NCBI GenBank assembly: GCA_001004005.1
Contig: LCQF01000023.1
Coordinates: 1 to 53,116 of the forward strand
Direction: 5' to 3'
DNA from: Parcubacteria group bacterium GW2011_GWA2_49_9
GTDB lineage: Bacteria > Patescibacteriota > Minisyncoccia > Phycocordibacterales > UBA10002
DNA: 53,116 nt
Position 1 is the stretch's first letter, and every line of letters starts with the position of its first letter. The translations under genes and the position numbers were made by a program. Shown here piece by piece: positions 33,994 through 42,762 of this stretch. The notes below the pieces were generated by a model, which saw only the letters and a list, made by a program, of their open reading frames with translations, made no database searches and was not told the origin of the DNA.

Positions 33994-36123
33994 TTAATCA
34001 AAAAAGATTATCTTCCCTCCCCCTTCCAGGTAATTTTCAGCCTGCAGGAATTCTTCGTCAATGTCAAAGATGAATTCCGACGGCACCGTTACTTGTCGTG
34101 AGCCGAAAATGGTTCGGACCCCGGCGTATGTCAGGAAGACTTTCTTCTTTGCTCTGGTGACTGCCACATAAAACAGGCGGCGCTCCTCCTCGGCCGCCCC
34201 TTCGTCAAGCGTTTCTCCCATACGTTCGTGCGGGAACAGCCCTTCTTCAAGGCCGGAAATAAATACATAGGTAAATTCAAGTCCTTTTGACGCATGCACC
34301 GTCATAAGCCGTACCGCGGGTTTCTCCTCTTGGAGCTCGTCCTGGTCGCTCTGAAGCGCTACGTCGGAAAGGAATTGATCTACTGCCGCAGTTCTGTCAT
34401 TCCCCTGCTCCCGCCCCTCTCCCTTTCGGGAGCTCCCCTCAAGCAGGGGAGCTGGGGAATCCAGTTCTTTTTGAGTCCCACTCTGGCCCCCCGCATAGTC
34501 TACGACTACTCCGCTCTGCTCCGTCGCGAGGATGACAGACGGCGTGGTTTCAGGGGTCACTGCGTCGTACCTCGTCGCGAAGGTTACGAGTTCCTTGATA
34601 TTTTCCAGACGTTCCTCGTCTTCCGAACCTCCTTTTTTGAGCTCCGCCTCAAGTCCGCTCGCGCTCACAATCCACTTAATAGCCTCCGAAAGCGGCAGAC
34701 TGGAAAGTCTTTGGCGGAATTCCGCTAGCAGTTTTTTAAACGTAGCAAGTTTTTCGCGCATGGCGGGCGGAAGCTCCTTTTCTTTCCCCGCAAAGATTTT
34801 GAGAAGCGTCACCTTGCCAATACCACGCGGAGGAACGTTGATAATCCGTCGCACGTCACCGATACTCTCGGGGTTTTCAGCGGCACGGACATAGGAAAGG
34901 ACATCTTTCACCTCTCTGCGTTCAAAAAAGCGCACTCCAAGAACCTGATACGGCACTTCCTCTCGGAGAAAAGCTTCTTCAAGCGCGCGGCTTTGGAAGT
35001 TCGCCCTGAACAGGACGGCAATAGCGGAGGGGGATGCGCCCTCGGCGATAAGCTGTTTGGAACGCTGTGCGATAAAGGAGGCTTCCTGCACTTCGTCATA
35101 GGCGGTAAACAGTCCCACCTTCTCCCCCTCCCCGTTTTTCGTGAAGAGCGTCTTCTCTCTCCGCATTTTATTTTTCTCAATAATGCGGTTTGCTACCGTG
35201 AGAATGGTCTGGGTAGAGCGGTAATTTTCTTCAAGCAGTACTATCTTTGACTTCGGATAGTCCTTTTCAAAATTCAGAATGTTTTTGATACTCGCTCCCC
35301 GCCAGCTGTAGATGTTCTGGTCAATGTCGCCGACTACCGCGATATTCTTCTCCGCGTCGGCAAGCGATTTCGCGATGATGTATTGCACGTGATTCGTGTC
35401 CTGATACTCGTCAATATGGATATAGCGCCAGCGTTTCTGATAGTGCGCACGCACCATCTCATCTTTCTGCAATAAGACGGCCGTTTTTAACAAAAGGTCG
35501 TCAAAATCAAGCGCCTTTTCTTTGCGGAGAATCGCCTCATACTTTTCCCAGATATCCGCGACTATCGCCGGATAGTAGTCTCCTTCGGAGCGCGCCTTAA
35601 ACTCTTCGCAGGTCACCATCTTCCCTTTCTCACGGCTAATTGACCCGAGAATTTTCCCCGGCTCAAACTGTTTCGGGTCAAGGTCCGTTTCCCTAATCGC
35701 CTCTTTGAGGGCACGTATAGAATCACTACGGTCAAAAATAGTAAACCGTTTGGAAAGACCGAGCCGCTGGCTGTTTTCTCGCAGAATATATACGCCAAGC
35801 GAGTGAAACGTACCGAGCCAAGGGAAGCTGATAGCTTTTAGGTTCTGACTTCTAGGATGTTCCATTCCCTCGGTTTGGCCTAGAAGCTGAAAGCTAGAAC
35901 CTAAAAGCTGGCGGACTCTCTCGCGCATCTCCTTCGCCGCTTTATTCGTAAAAGTGATGGCAAGTATTGACTCTGGAGCGACCCCCTGCTTAATGAGGTG
36001 AAGAATTCGGTGCGTGATTACCCGTGTCTTGCCCGCTCCCGCTCCGGCGACAATAAGAAGGGGGCCCTCGGTATGCTCCACGGCTTCCCGTTGCCGCGCA
36101 TTGAGTCCGAGAAGATAGTCCAT
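33994..36123 (-). CDS. pcrA: UvrD/PcrA-family ATP-dependent DNA helicase, with in-frame repeat insertions
   Basis: Start MDYLLGLNARQREAV. Walker A AGAGAGKTRV. DEYQDTN. VHASKGLEF. Insertions at 35827-35912 (CTAGAAS hairpin) and ~34397-34515 (MITE half-copy plus TAGTCTACGACTA). Confidence 0.9.
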   Translation of the reverse strand: MDYLLGLNARQREAVEHTEGPLLIVAGAGAGKTRVITHRILHLIKQGVAPESILAITFTNKAAKEMRERVRQLLGSSFQLLGQTEGMEHPRSQNLKAISFPWLGTFHSLGVYILRENSQRLGLSKRFTIFDRSDSIRALKEAIRETDLDPKQFEPGKILGSISREKGKMVTCEEFKARSEGDYYPAIVADIWEKYEAILRKEKALDFDDLLLKTAVLLQKDEMVRAHYQKRWRYIHIDEYQDTNHVQYIIAKSLADAEKNIAVVGDIDQNIYSWRGASIKNILNFEKDYPKSKIVLLEENYRSTQTILTVANRIIEKNKMRREKTLFTKNGEGEKVGLFTAYDEVQEASFIAQRSKQLIAEGASPSAIAVLFRANFQSRALEEAFLREEVPYQVLGVRFFERREVKDVLSYVRAAENPESIGDVRRIINVPPRGIGKVTLLKIFAGKEKELPPAMREKLATFKKLLAEFRQRLSSLPLSEAIKWIVSASGLEAELKKGGSEDEERLENIKELVTFATRYDAVTPETTPSVILATEQSGVVVDYAGGQSGTQKELDSPAPLLEGSSRKGEGREQGNDRTAAVDQFLSDVALQSDQDELQEEKPAVRLMTVHASKGLEFTYVFISGLEEGLFPHERMGETLDEGAAEEERRLFYVAVTRAKKKVFLTYAGVRTIFGSRQVTVPSEFIFDIDEEFLQAENYLEGGGKIIFFD

Positions 36124-36220
36124 AGTTGCACCACTATAACAGAAAGAAAAATCCGAAGCACGAACTTGTGAAAAGCACGAAGCACGAAGCACGAAATCCT
36201 AAAGAATTAACATTTCTTAA

Positions 36221-36283
36221 TGTCATCCTCGTGAAAACGGGGGACCAGAGTTTTCTGGATTCCCGCCTTCGCGGGAACGACAG
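36221..36283. mobile_element. MITE-like element, TGTCATYCC family (short copy B)
   Basis: tgtcatcctcgtgaaaacgggggaccagagttttctggattcccgccttcgcgggaacgaca. Confidence 0.5.
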
Positions 36284-36378
36284 AAGACTGTCGTTTGTTT
36301 CGGATTTCGATATTCGGATTTCGAATTTAGATTGAGTTTTTACTCAATCTCCGCTATCCACAGGGTACCGGTTTTCCT

Positions 36379-36407
36379 TTGACATTACACCCCCGTTCAC
36401 CTATAGT
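36379..36407 (+). promoter_or_regulatory. Sigma-70-type promoter (TTGACA - 17 nt - TATAGT)
   Basis: ttgaca 36379-36384, 17-nt spacer, tatagt 36402-36407. It lies ~310 nt upstream of the LysM/M23 gene. Confidence 0.65.
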
Positions 36408-36715
36408 ATAAGGGTCCTGGCAGACTGGGCGATTGATAAAGATGGCCTTGTAAGGCCGTTTTTAACGGAAGGAACGGCAAGAGTGACTACCGAGAGCAGA
36501 GCTTTTAAGCAATCTAATCAGTGCGTACATCATCTTTTCGGGAACCCATGTAATAGCTCGTAGGGTTTTCGCGTTTTTGATAGCACGGTTGGTTTCGGGA
36601 AAGTTCTCCTTTCGGCCTTTCTTTTATAGCGACACTCCCTCACAATTCATTACAACGAACCCATCTCACCTCAGAGGTTCGAAGCGCCACGGCTCACTAT
36701 ATACGCCCTGTAGTA
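36408..36715 (+). ncRNA. Long structured 5' leader; candidate c-di-AMP (ydaO/yuaA-type) riboswitch
   Basis: Segments ACGGAAGGAACGG, GCAAUCUAAUC, CGGGAACCCA and AAUAGCUCGUAGGG resemble recalled ydaO core blocks (ACGGAGGAACC, UAAUC, GGGGACCCA, AGCUAAC..CGUAAG). The downstream gene class fits. Not verified by a covariance model. Confidence 0.35.
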
Positions 36716-37705
36716 GTGTGGCTTTTTGTGTGTTTGGTAGCCTTGGCCCCTTGGGGTGCGCATGCGGGAGTTCTTTCGTTTATCGGAAACCTTTTCGCGA
36801 AAGAAGCCGAGGCTGAAGTCACGTTTTCGCCCGTTAACTCCCAGACTATCGGGCTTCTCGCGCCGGCGCTCAACCCGGACCCGAACCCTGCCAAAGGAGG
36901 CGGAGATATCACGGTAGTTGGAGGAGTCGCGCTTCTTTCTGAAACCGGACCCGCAGGGACGCTTGCAGATATTGAAGAAAACCAGAGTGGTGTTATCAGC
37001 ATTTACGTGGTTCGTGAAGGCGACACGCTTAGTGCTATCGCTAAGATGTTTGGTGTTACCGTGAGTACGATTGCGTGGGCGAACGATATCTCTAGAAGCG
37101 TCATCCGACCGGGACAGACGCTTATTATTTTACCGATTTCCGGCGTCCGGCACACCGTGGTCAAGGGTGACACCATACAGAGTATTGCCAAAAAATATAA
37201 GGCTGACTTGACTGAAATCACGCAATACAATCATTTTGGCGAAAATACGAAGCTCGCCATAGGCGATATTGTACTTGTACCCGATGGTGAAATCGCTCCT
37301 CCGCCTTCAAATGTGGCCAGTCGTCCGGCAATCCTCCGTGGCGCGGGCGGTCCGAGCTATGACGGCTACTATCTTCGCCCCCTTATTGGCGGACGAAAGA
37401 CGCAGGGTCTTCACGGTTACAATGGTGTGGATATTGCAAGCTATCTTGGCGCCCCGATTCTCGCTTCAGCAGCCGGCACTGTCATTATTGCCAGAACATC
37501 AGGTTGGAATGGAGGATATGGAAACTATATCGTCATTGCGCACCCGAACGGTACGCAAACGCTCTACAGCCACCTTTCAAGCCTCGCCGTCACGGCGGGT
37601 GAATCGGTTACCCGCGGCGAAATCATCGGCTATATGGGTTCTACGGGACGTTCTACTGGCACACACCTCCACTTTGAAGTCCGCGGAGCTAAAAACCCCT
37701 TTTAG
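36716..37705 (+). CDS. LysM-domain M23-family peptidoglycan metalloendopeptidase
   Basis: Two LysM repeats (YVVREGDTLSAIAKMFGV...; HTVVKGDTIQSIAKKYKA...). M23 motifs HGYNGVD and GSTGRSTGTHLHFE. GTG start. Confidence 0.88.
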   Translation: MWLFVCLVALAPWGAHAGVLSFIGNLFAKEAEAEVTFSPVNSQTIGLLAPALNPDPNPAKGGGDITVVGGVALLSETGPAGTLADIEENQSGVISIYVVREGDTLSAIAKMFGVTVSTIAWANDISRSVIRPGQTLIILPISGVRHTVVKGDTIQSIAKKYKADLTEITQYNHFGENTKLAIGDIVLVPDGEIAPPPSNVASRPAILRGAGGPSYDGYYLRPLIGGRKTQGLHGYNGVDIASYLGAPILASAAGTVIIARTSGWNGGYGNYIVIAHPNGTQTLYSHLSSLAVTAGESVTRGEIIGYMGSTGRSTGTHLHFEVRGAKNPF

Positions 37706-37775
37706 CCTCACATGCCCCCCTCCCCCTTTCTAAGGGGGAGAATTGAAGAGGGGGTTGTGACTCTCAATGGAGCAG

Positions 37776-37796
37776 ACCGCGGAAACGCGGTTTTTT
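37776..37796 (+). terminator. Rho-independent terminator after the M23 gene
   Basis: accgcg-gaaa-cgcggt followed by TTTTTT. Confidence 0.75.
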
Positions 37797-38049
37797 CGTT
37801 CTCGCTCTTCCTCCCCTCCTCAGTTGAGGTGAGAAGCGAATACGTGAAGCTTCGCAAGACCTTGAGCGCTCCGTCTTCGGAGAGAGCGAAAGGTGTATAG
37901 TTTCTGTAAGAAAGGGAATTAAAAGGGGTGGTGGTGTTATCCCCCTTAGTAAAGGGGGTGCCGCATTCGATGTGGCGGGGGTTGTTTCTTTTTCTTTCAA
38001 GGCGCTACGCAGTCCTATATACAGAGGACTTACGCATTTCGTGCGTTTT

Positions 38050-38155
38050 TGTCATTCCAGCGACGGAGCAGTAGCGGAGTAGTCGTAGACTAAGCTGGAA
38101 TCCAGTATAGGGCTGTTTTTTAGGCTCTGGATTCCACTTTTCAGTGGAATGACAC
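38050..38155. mobile_element. MITE-like element, TGTCATYCC family (copy C), with an embedded TAGTCGTAGACTA module
   Basis: tgtcattccagcgacgg...gtagtcgtagactaagctggaatccag...ctctggattccacttttcagtggaatgacac. The right flank resembles the right flank of copy A. Confidence 0.55.
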
Positions 38156-38176
38156 TGATTGCGTATGTCCTAATAC

Positions 38177-38206
38177 AAAAAACCGAGGTCTGCACCAGCG
38201 CAGACC
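38177..38206 (-). terminator. Rho-independent terminator (minus strand) after the small basic ORF
   Basis: ggtctgc-N6-gcagacc followed on the minus strand by tcggTTTTTT. Confidence 0.65.
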
Positions 38207-38230
38207 CCATAACACATTTCGACAGTCGCT

Positions 38231-38623
38231 TCACTCCCCTACGCGAGTGAACCAACCCCTCCTCCCCGCTCTCCCGAGGCTATCTAGCATACAGCCGATT
38301 TTCTTTCGGACCGTTTTTACTAGTTCACCATTTTCGTGAGAAGCGTTTCGGCATTGCCACCGTTCGTCAACGCGTAATTCCTTTCCCCCTTTTTTTGTTC
38401 GGGGTGGAGTGTAATCAAGGCGGTCAACGCGGAGCCTGCGTTTATTATGCACGACGCGGAAATGACAGTGTTTTTCTTTAGTTGGGGCAGAAGTGCGTTT
38501 GGTCCCGAACGGAATTTCTCGGAAGACAAACAGTTCTCTGCCGACGCGGAAACTTTTGCCGTCCAGTTTGCCTACAGTGCACCCGAACACGCCGATTCTA
38601 ATTTCAGTTTTTTTGTTCTTCAC
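38231..38623 (-). CDS. Small, very basic protein of unknown function
   Basis: Strong SD AAGGAGG 5 nt before an in-frame GTG at 38623. 130 aa. Terminator downstream. No family recognised. Confidence 0.45.
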   Translation of the reverse strand: MKNKKTEIRIGVFGCTVGKLDGKSFRVGRELFVFREIPFGTKRTSAPTKEKHCHFRVVHNKRRLRVDRLDYTPPRTKKGGKELRVDERWQCRNASHENGELVKTVRKKIGCMLDSLGRAGRRGWFTRVGE

Positions 38624-38745
38624 CGACTCCTCCTTGGTTGGTTGTGAGCTGTTGTTTGCAAGTAGCATACTCCTTTTTTCCGATATGCAAACCGGAAGGC
38701 ACGACTTTTCGCAAGAAACTTGACATACAATCAATTGCCGCGGCC

Positions 38746-39443
38746 CTAAAAGCTGTGGCGATTTTCTTTGTAAATGCGAAAACCTATTTTACTTGAGGGG
38801 GTTGTTGGAGGGGTAAGTAGTCTTTTGATGGCATCAAACACGATTTTAAACTGCTGGTCGTATTTATTTTCCATTTTCTCAATTTTTATGCGCAGTTCTC
38901 GGTTAGAGGCGATAAGTTCTCGGAGCTTGGTGAAAGTTCTAATGATTTGGATGTTAACCTGAACCGCTCGCTTGCTGTTCAGGACACTTGAAAGCATCGC
39001 GACGCCTTGCTCGGTGAAGGCATAAGGTAGTTTTCTTCGCCCACCATAACTTGAAGTCGCAATTTGCGACTTCAAGTTATGTCTATTCAAGGTCGCAATT
39101 TGCGACCTTGAAAAAGCATCTGATTCAAATTTAGTAAGAGCCTATCCACTATCTAATGCCTAGGCGAAATGTTCAAAATTCGTTGCGAAAATTGAGGATT
39201 TTGAGGAAGCATATCGAGATATGCTGACGAAATGCGGTTAGATAGTGGATAGGCTCTAAGTTGAAACATAAAATCAATCGGAAATCTTTCGCTGTTTCTT
39301 CGCACAGCTTCATTGAGCCTTCGCGTCTCCACTCCATATAATTCCGCCAAGTCGCGGTCCAACATGACTTTCTTCCCACGGATAAAAAATATCTTGCTCT
39401 CTATCTTGTCTGGTATCACAGTCAGCATTTGTATGCGATTCAT
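38746..39443 (-). pseudogene. ORF6N-domain (KilA-N/Rha-like) protein gene split by a 120-bp MITE
   Basis: N-part is ...IFFIRGKKVMLDRDLAELYGVETRRLNEAVRRNSERFPIDFMFQL. C-part is ...SQIATSSYGGRRKLPYAFTEQGVAMLSSVLNSKRAVQVNIQIIRTF. Deleting 122 bp restores one frame. Confidence 0.85.
39137..39256. mobile_element. 120-bp MITE with ~19-20-bp terminal inverted repeats and a putative TA target duplication
   Basis: agagcctatccactatctaa (39137-39156) pairs with ttagatagtggataggctc(t) (39238-39257). TA at 39135-39136 and at 39257-39258. Confidence 0.75.
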
Positions 39444-39479
39444 TTTCTTTTCTGTAAGCTAACAGCTAGAACCTAAAAG

Positions 39480-41057
39480 CTATAAGCTATTCCCCAACTG
39501 CTTCGGCCGATACTGCAACGCTTCCATTAGGTCGCCGGTCTGTACATCGTCGTGCCCCTCAAGGTCGGCGACGGTGCGGGCAAGCTTGATAAGGCGATGG
39601 TAGGAACGGGCAGAAAGGTCGTGCTTCTTGGCGGCGAGATTGAGAGCTTGTTTAACATCATCGGAAAGAGGAATTGCGACAGCGATGTCCCGCGGGCCAA
39701 CATCACTGTTGGTTTTGAACGGCAGTTTTAATTTTTTATACCGTTCCTCGGCTCGCGCACGAGCGACCGATACTTTTTTGCGTACCGCTTCACTTGTTTC
39801 TTCACTTCCCCGCCCCTCGGTGAGCTTCTCATGCTCTACGATGGACACTTCGGTCCACAAGTCAATGCGGTCTACAATCGGGCCGGAAATTTTTCGCTTG
39901 TAGCGGTCAATCTGGTGCTGTCCGCAACTGCACACTTTTCCTTTCACCCCGTTATTCCCGCAGGGACAGGGATTCATGGCGGTAATCAATGTGAAATGCG
40001 CGGGAAATTGCGCCGAACCTTTGACGCGAGCGACGGAAACAACACGGTCTTCAAGCGGTTGGCGGAGTGCGTCAATCACCCTTCGTTCAAATTCGGGAAA
40101 TTCATCCAAGAAAAGCACTCCTCGGTGCGCGAGGGTGATTTCTCCCGGCTTGGGAATGGAACCACCACCCACAAGCGCGATATATGAGGCAGTATGATGC
40201 GGCGCGCGAAATGGCGGATAGGTGATAAGAGGTTCTTGAAGTGCTCCCGCGACCGAATGAATGCCGGTCACTTCAAGAGCCTGTTCAATATCCAGCGGGG
40301 GCAATATGGAAATAAAAGCTTTGGCGAGAAGTGTCTTCCCTGTGCCCGGTGGTCCCCACATCGCGATGTTATGTCCACCCGCCGCGGCGATTTCAAGTCC
40401 GCGTTTCGCCGTTCTCTGTCCCTTCACGTCGGCAAAATCCACCTGATACTCCCGCGTTCCCACTTCAAATGTGGTTAGTGGAACCGGTTTCATTTTCCGC
40501 TTCTGAATAAACGGGCGCTCATCATCGGGGAGGATATCCTTCTCTGTAAGGTGTGCGGAGAGGTCCCAAAGATTTTTCACTCCATAGACGTCAATACCAT
40601 CAATAAGCGCCGCCTCTTTCGCGTTTTCAAGCGGGACATACACTTCTTTAAAACCGGAACGTTTCGCTTCGCGGACAATCGGCAAGACTCCATCTATTCC
40701 CTGCACCATACCGTCAAGTGAAAGTTCTCCGACAAACAATTTTCCCTTCACGTCCGCGGGAAGGCATTTGGAGGCGATTAAGTAGCCGACCGCCATCGGA
40801 AGGTCAAAGCTCGGCCCCTCTTTCTTCGTGTCCGCGGGAGCGAGCGAAATGACGATTTTGTGATTTTTCTGTTTCGGCGACTTAAATCCGGTATTTTTTA
40901 TCGCCGCGCTGATGCGGTCTTTCGCTTCTTCCACCGCTTTGTCGGGGAGGCCCACTATGGAAAACGCGTTGAGGCCCTTAGAGAGGTCAACCTCAACGCG
41001 TACCAGAGAAGTCTTCAGGAGATGGACTTGAGCGGAACTGACAGTTGCGAAACTCAT
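39480..41057 (-). CDS. comM: YifB/ComM-family Mg-chelatase-like AAA+ ATPase
   Basis: N-terminal Lon-protease-like domain, Walker A GPPGTGKTLLAKAF, Walker B VLFLDEFPEF. Start at MSFATVSSAQV. Confidence 0.88.
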   Translation of the reverse strand: MSFATVSSAQVHLLKTSLVRVEVDLSKGLNAFSIVGLPDKAVEEAKDRISAAIKNTGFKSPKQKNHKIVISLAPADTKKEGPSFDLPMAVGYLIASKCLPADVKGKLFVGELSLDGMVQGIDGVLPIVREAKRSGFKEVYVPLENAKEAALIDGIDVYGVKNLWDLSAHLTEKDILPDDERPFIQKRKMKPVPLTTFEVGTREYQVDFADVKGQRTAKRGLEIAAAGGHNIAMWGPPGTGKTLLAKAFISILPPLDIEQALEVTGIHSVAGALQEPLITYPPFRAPHHTASYIALVGGGSIPKPGEITLAHRGVLFLDEFPEFERRVIDALRQPLEDRVVSVARVKGSAQFPAHFTLITAMNPCPCGNNGVKGKVCSCGQHQIDRYKRKISGPIVDRIDLWTEVSIVEHEKLTEGRGSEETSEAVRKKVSVARARAEERYKKLKLPFKTNSDVGPRDIAVAIPLSDDVKQALNLAAKKHDLSARSYHRLIKLARTVADLEGHDDVQTGDLMEALQYRPKQLGNSL

Positions 41058-41065
41058 ATAGAAAG

Positions 41066-41165
41066 TACTAATCAACTAATTTGGGTACTAATCTACAAAT
41101 GCTTACTAATCCGAAGAGTCTTATTCGTAAGCATTAGCAGATTCGTCTCATTCGCAGATTGGTAC
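41066..41165. repeat. ACTAATC-theme ~100-bp imperfect palindrome filling the dksA-stop to comM-start gap
   Basis: gtactaatcaactaatttgggtactaatctacaaatgcttactaatccgaag / cttattcgtaagcattagcagattcgtctcattcgcagattggtac. Confidence 0.75.
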
Positions 41166-41528
41166 TTACTTTCCCATATGCGCCTTGCATGTCGTCGCCG
41201 CGGGATTTGCCGAAAGTCGGTCAGCTTCAATTTCTTTCTCGCAGACGGCGCAGTGCCCGTAGCTTCCGTTTTCTACGCGCTCAAGAGCGTCTTTTACCTC
41301 ACCGAGACGTGATTCCAGCTGGCGCACGATCGCGGTGTTTTCTTCAAACGATTCAATCTTTTCCGCCGCTTCATCCCTGTCGGGTGAAGCACTGTCGCGG
41401 TCGGAGGCAACCGGCTCCCAATCACCGACTGTACCGGGGCTTCGCCTTCCCACGGTGCCGAGCTCTTTCTCAACAAGGTCTTTCTCCGTAAGGAGTTTCT
41501 TTTTGAATGTAGTGGTGTCTAGGGTCAT
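41166..41528 (-). CDS. DksA/TraR-family zinc-finger protein
   Basis: Start MTLDTTTFKKKLL. Coiled-coil region. C-terminal HCAVCEKEIEADRLSANPAATTCKAH. Confidence 0.75.
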   Translation of the reverse strand: MTLDTTTFKKKLLTEKDLVEKELGTVGRRSPGTVGDWEPVASDRDSASPDRDEAAEKIESFEENTAIVRQLESRLGEVKDALERVENGSYGHCAVCEKEIEADRLSANPAATTCKAHMGK

Positions 41529-41687
41529 AACGACATGATACCATACGGTATCAAAATACGAAATTCTAATATCGAAATCCGAAACAAATTCCAATTTCTA
41601 AATTTCAAGATCTGAAACAAGGCTCGTTTACGTTTTCTTATTTGAGATTTAGATATTGTCTAGAATCTCGGATTTCGTGCTTCGGAT

Positions 41688-42653
41688 TTATTTCAACCGT
41701 CCTCCCCCTGCTTTGCCAATAAGGGTTTTCAGTGTTTCCTCATTCGTCGTGAGGACAAGCGTTTGTTTATCAATAAATGAATAGAGAAAGACAATCGCAT
41801 CTTGCGGTCCAAACGCGGCACGCGCGTCTTTGTTTCGTATCACGACGTCTTTGAAGATAAGTTGGTTTTGGAGCGCCTCGGCAGTTGTGCTTCCCACATT
41901 CGCCAGAAGTTCACGTGGATTCACCCCAAACAGCGGGCCAATATCATCCAAGAGCGTTGTTTCAAAGGAAAGCATCGCAGGAAACGCGTTATCGTATGAA
42001 GAAACGCTAAAGAGGAGAAACGGTTGCCCTCCTTGGAACCCGTGGAGACCAAACACAGGAGTGTTTCCTAGCGCTCTCGTAAGTGCGGATGGAGCAGTCG
42101 CTTGAAGCAAGCTAAACAAATTCGGTGTCGTTAGGGTGGCTCCGCCGATTGTCACGGGAATCGCGCGCAGCTCATTTTGTGGAACCGAAATTGCCTCTAT
42201 GCTTTTACGCAAGAGGGTTATAGCTCCCGCCCTCGTTTCTTTTCCTTGGAGCGCAATCGCGGTTGTCGCTTTGGGAGTTACTTGCGTGACGGGTGCTGTT
42301 ATGGGAGGCGGCGTAGTCCGGAAAAAGAAATAAGCCCCGATTCCGATTCCGACGCCGATTCCGACGACGACAAAAAGAATAAGCCGCCAGTTCCAATGAG
42401 CTTGAATCGGGAGAGCATTTCCAATACTGAATATTTTGGTCGGAGAAGAGGATTCAACCTGTTCCTCTTGTTGCCTCGCCCGCTCACCTTCAGCGAGCGC
42501 GATGGTGGTTTTTGAGACATGCTGTTTCTGCATCATTTCTTCCACGTCGCTCTGGTACGTCCGAATACGCGGAAGTTCATCCGAAGTGTTCGGCTGTGGA
42601 GGAAGTTCATTGTTTGGGTCCGATGCCGGTTGTCGAAATTGTTCTGGAGGCAT
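41688..42653 (-). CDS. Single-pass membrane protein, function unknown
   Basis: Disordered N-terminus, TM LILFVVVGIGVGIGIGAYFFF, ~200-aa ectodomain. Confidence 0.55.
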   Translation of the reverse strand: MPPEQFRQPASDPNNELPPQPNTSDELPRIRTYQSDVEEMMQKQHVSKTTIALAEGERARQQEEQVESSSPTKIFSIGNALPIQAHWNWRLILFVVVGIGVGIGIGAYFFFRTTPPPITAPVTQVTPKATTAIALQGKETRAGAITLLRKSIEAISVPQNELRAIPVTIGGATLTTPNLFSLLQATAPSALTRALGNTPVFGLHGFQGGQPFLLFSVSSYDNAFPAMLSFETTLLDDIGPLFGVNPRELLANVGSTTAEALQNQLIFKDVVIRNKDARAAFGPQDAIVFLYSFIDKQTLVLTTNEETLKTLIGKAGGGRLK

Positions 42654-42762
42654 ATCTGTATTGTCGCAATAAATACATCTCGAATCAAACTCTCGTTCAA
42701 ATACGAATCATCCCGAAACTAATTCGGGATGATTCGGGCGACTATTCTGGACTAACTGGCTC

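Noticed and set aside
38210-38745. A ~540-bp region whose only ORF is highly basic was considered as RNase P RNA, tmRNA or SRP RNA.
   Set aside because: No GGAAAGUCC/ACAGAA P4 strands, no tRNA-like CCA end or tag ORF, and no helix-8 motif. Instead a strong AAGGAGG lies 5 nt before an in-frame GTG, and a terminator follows the stop. A small protein gene is the simpler reading.
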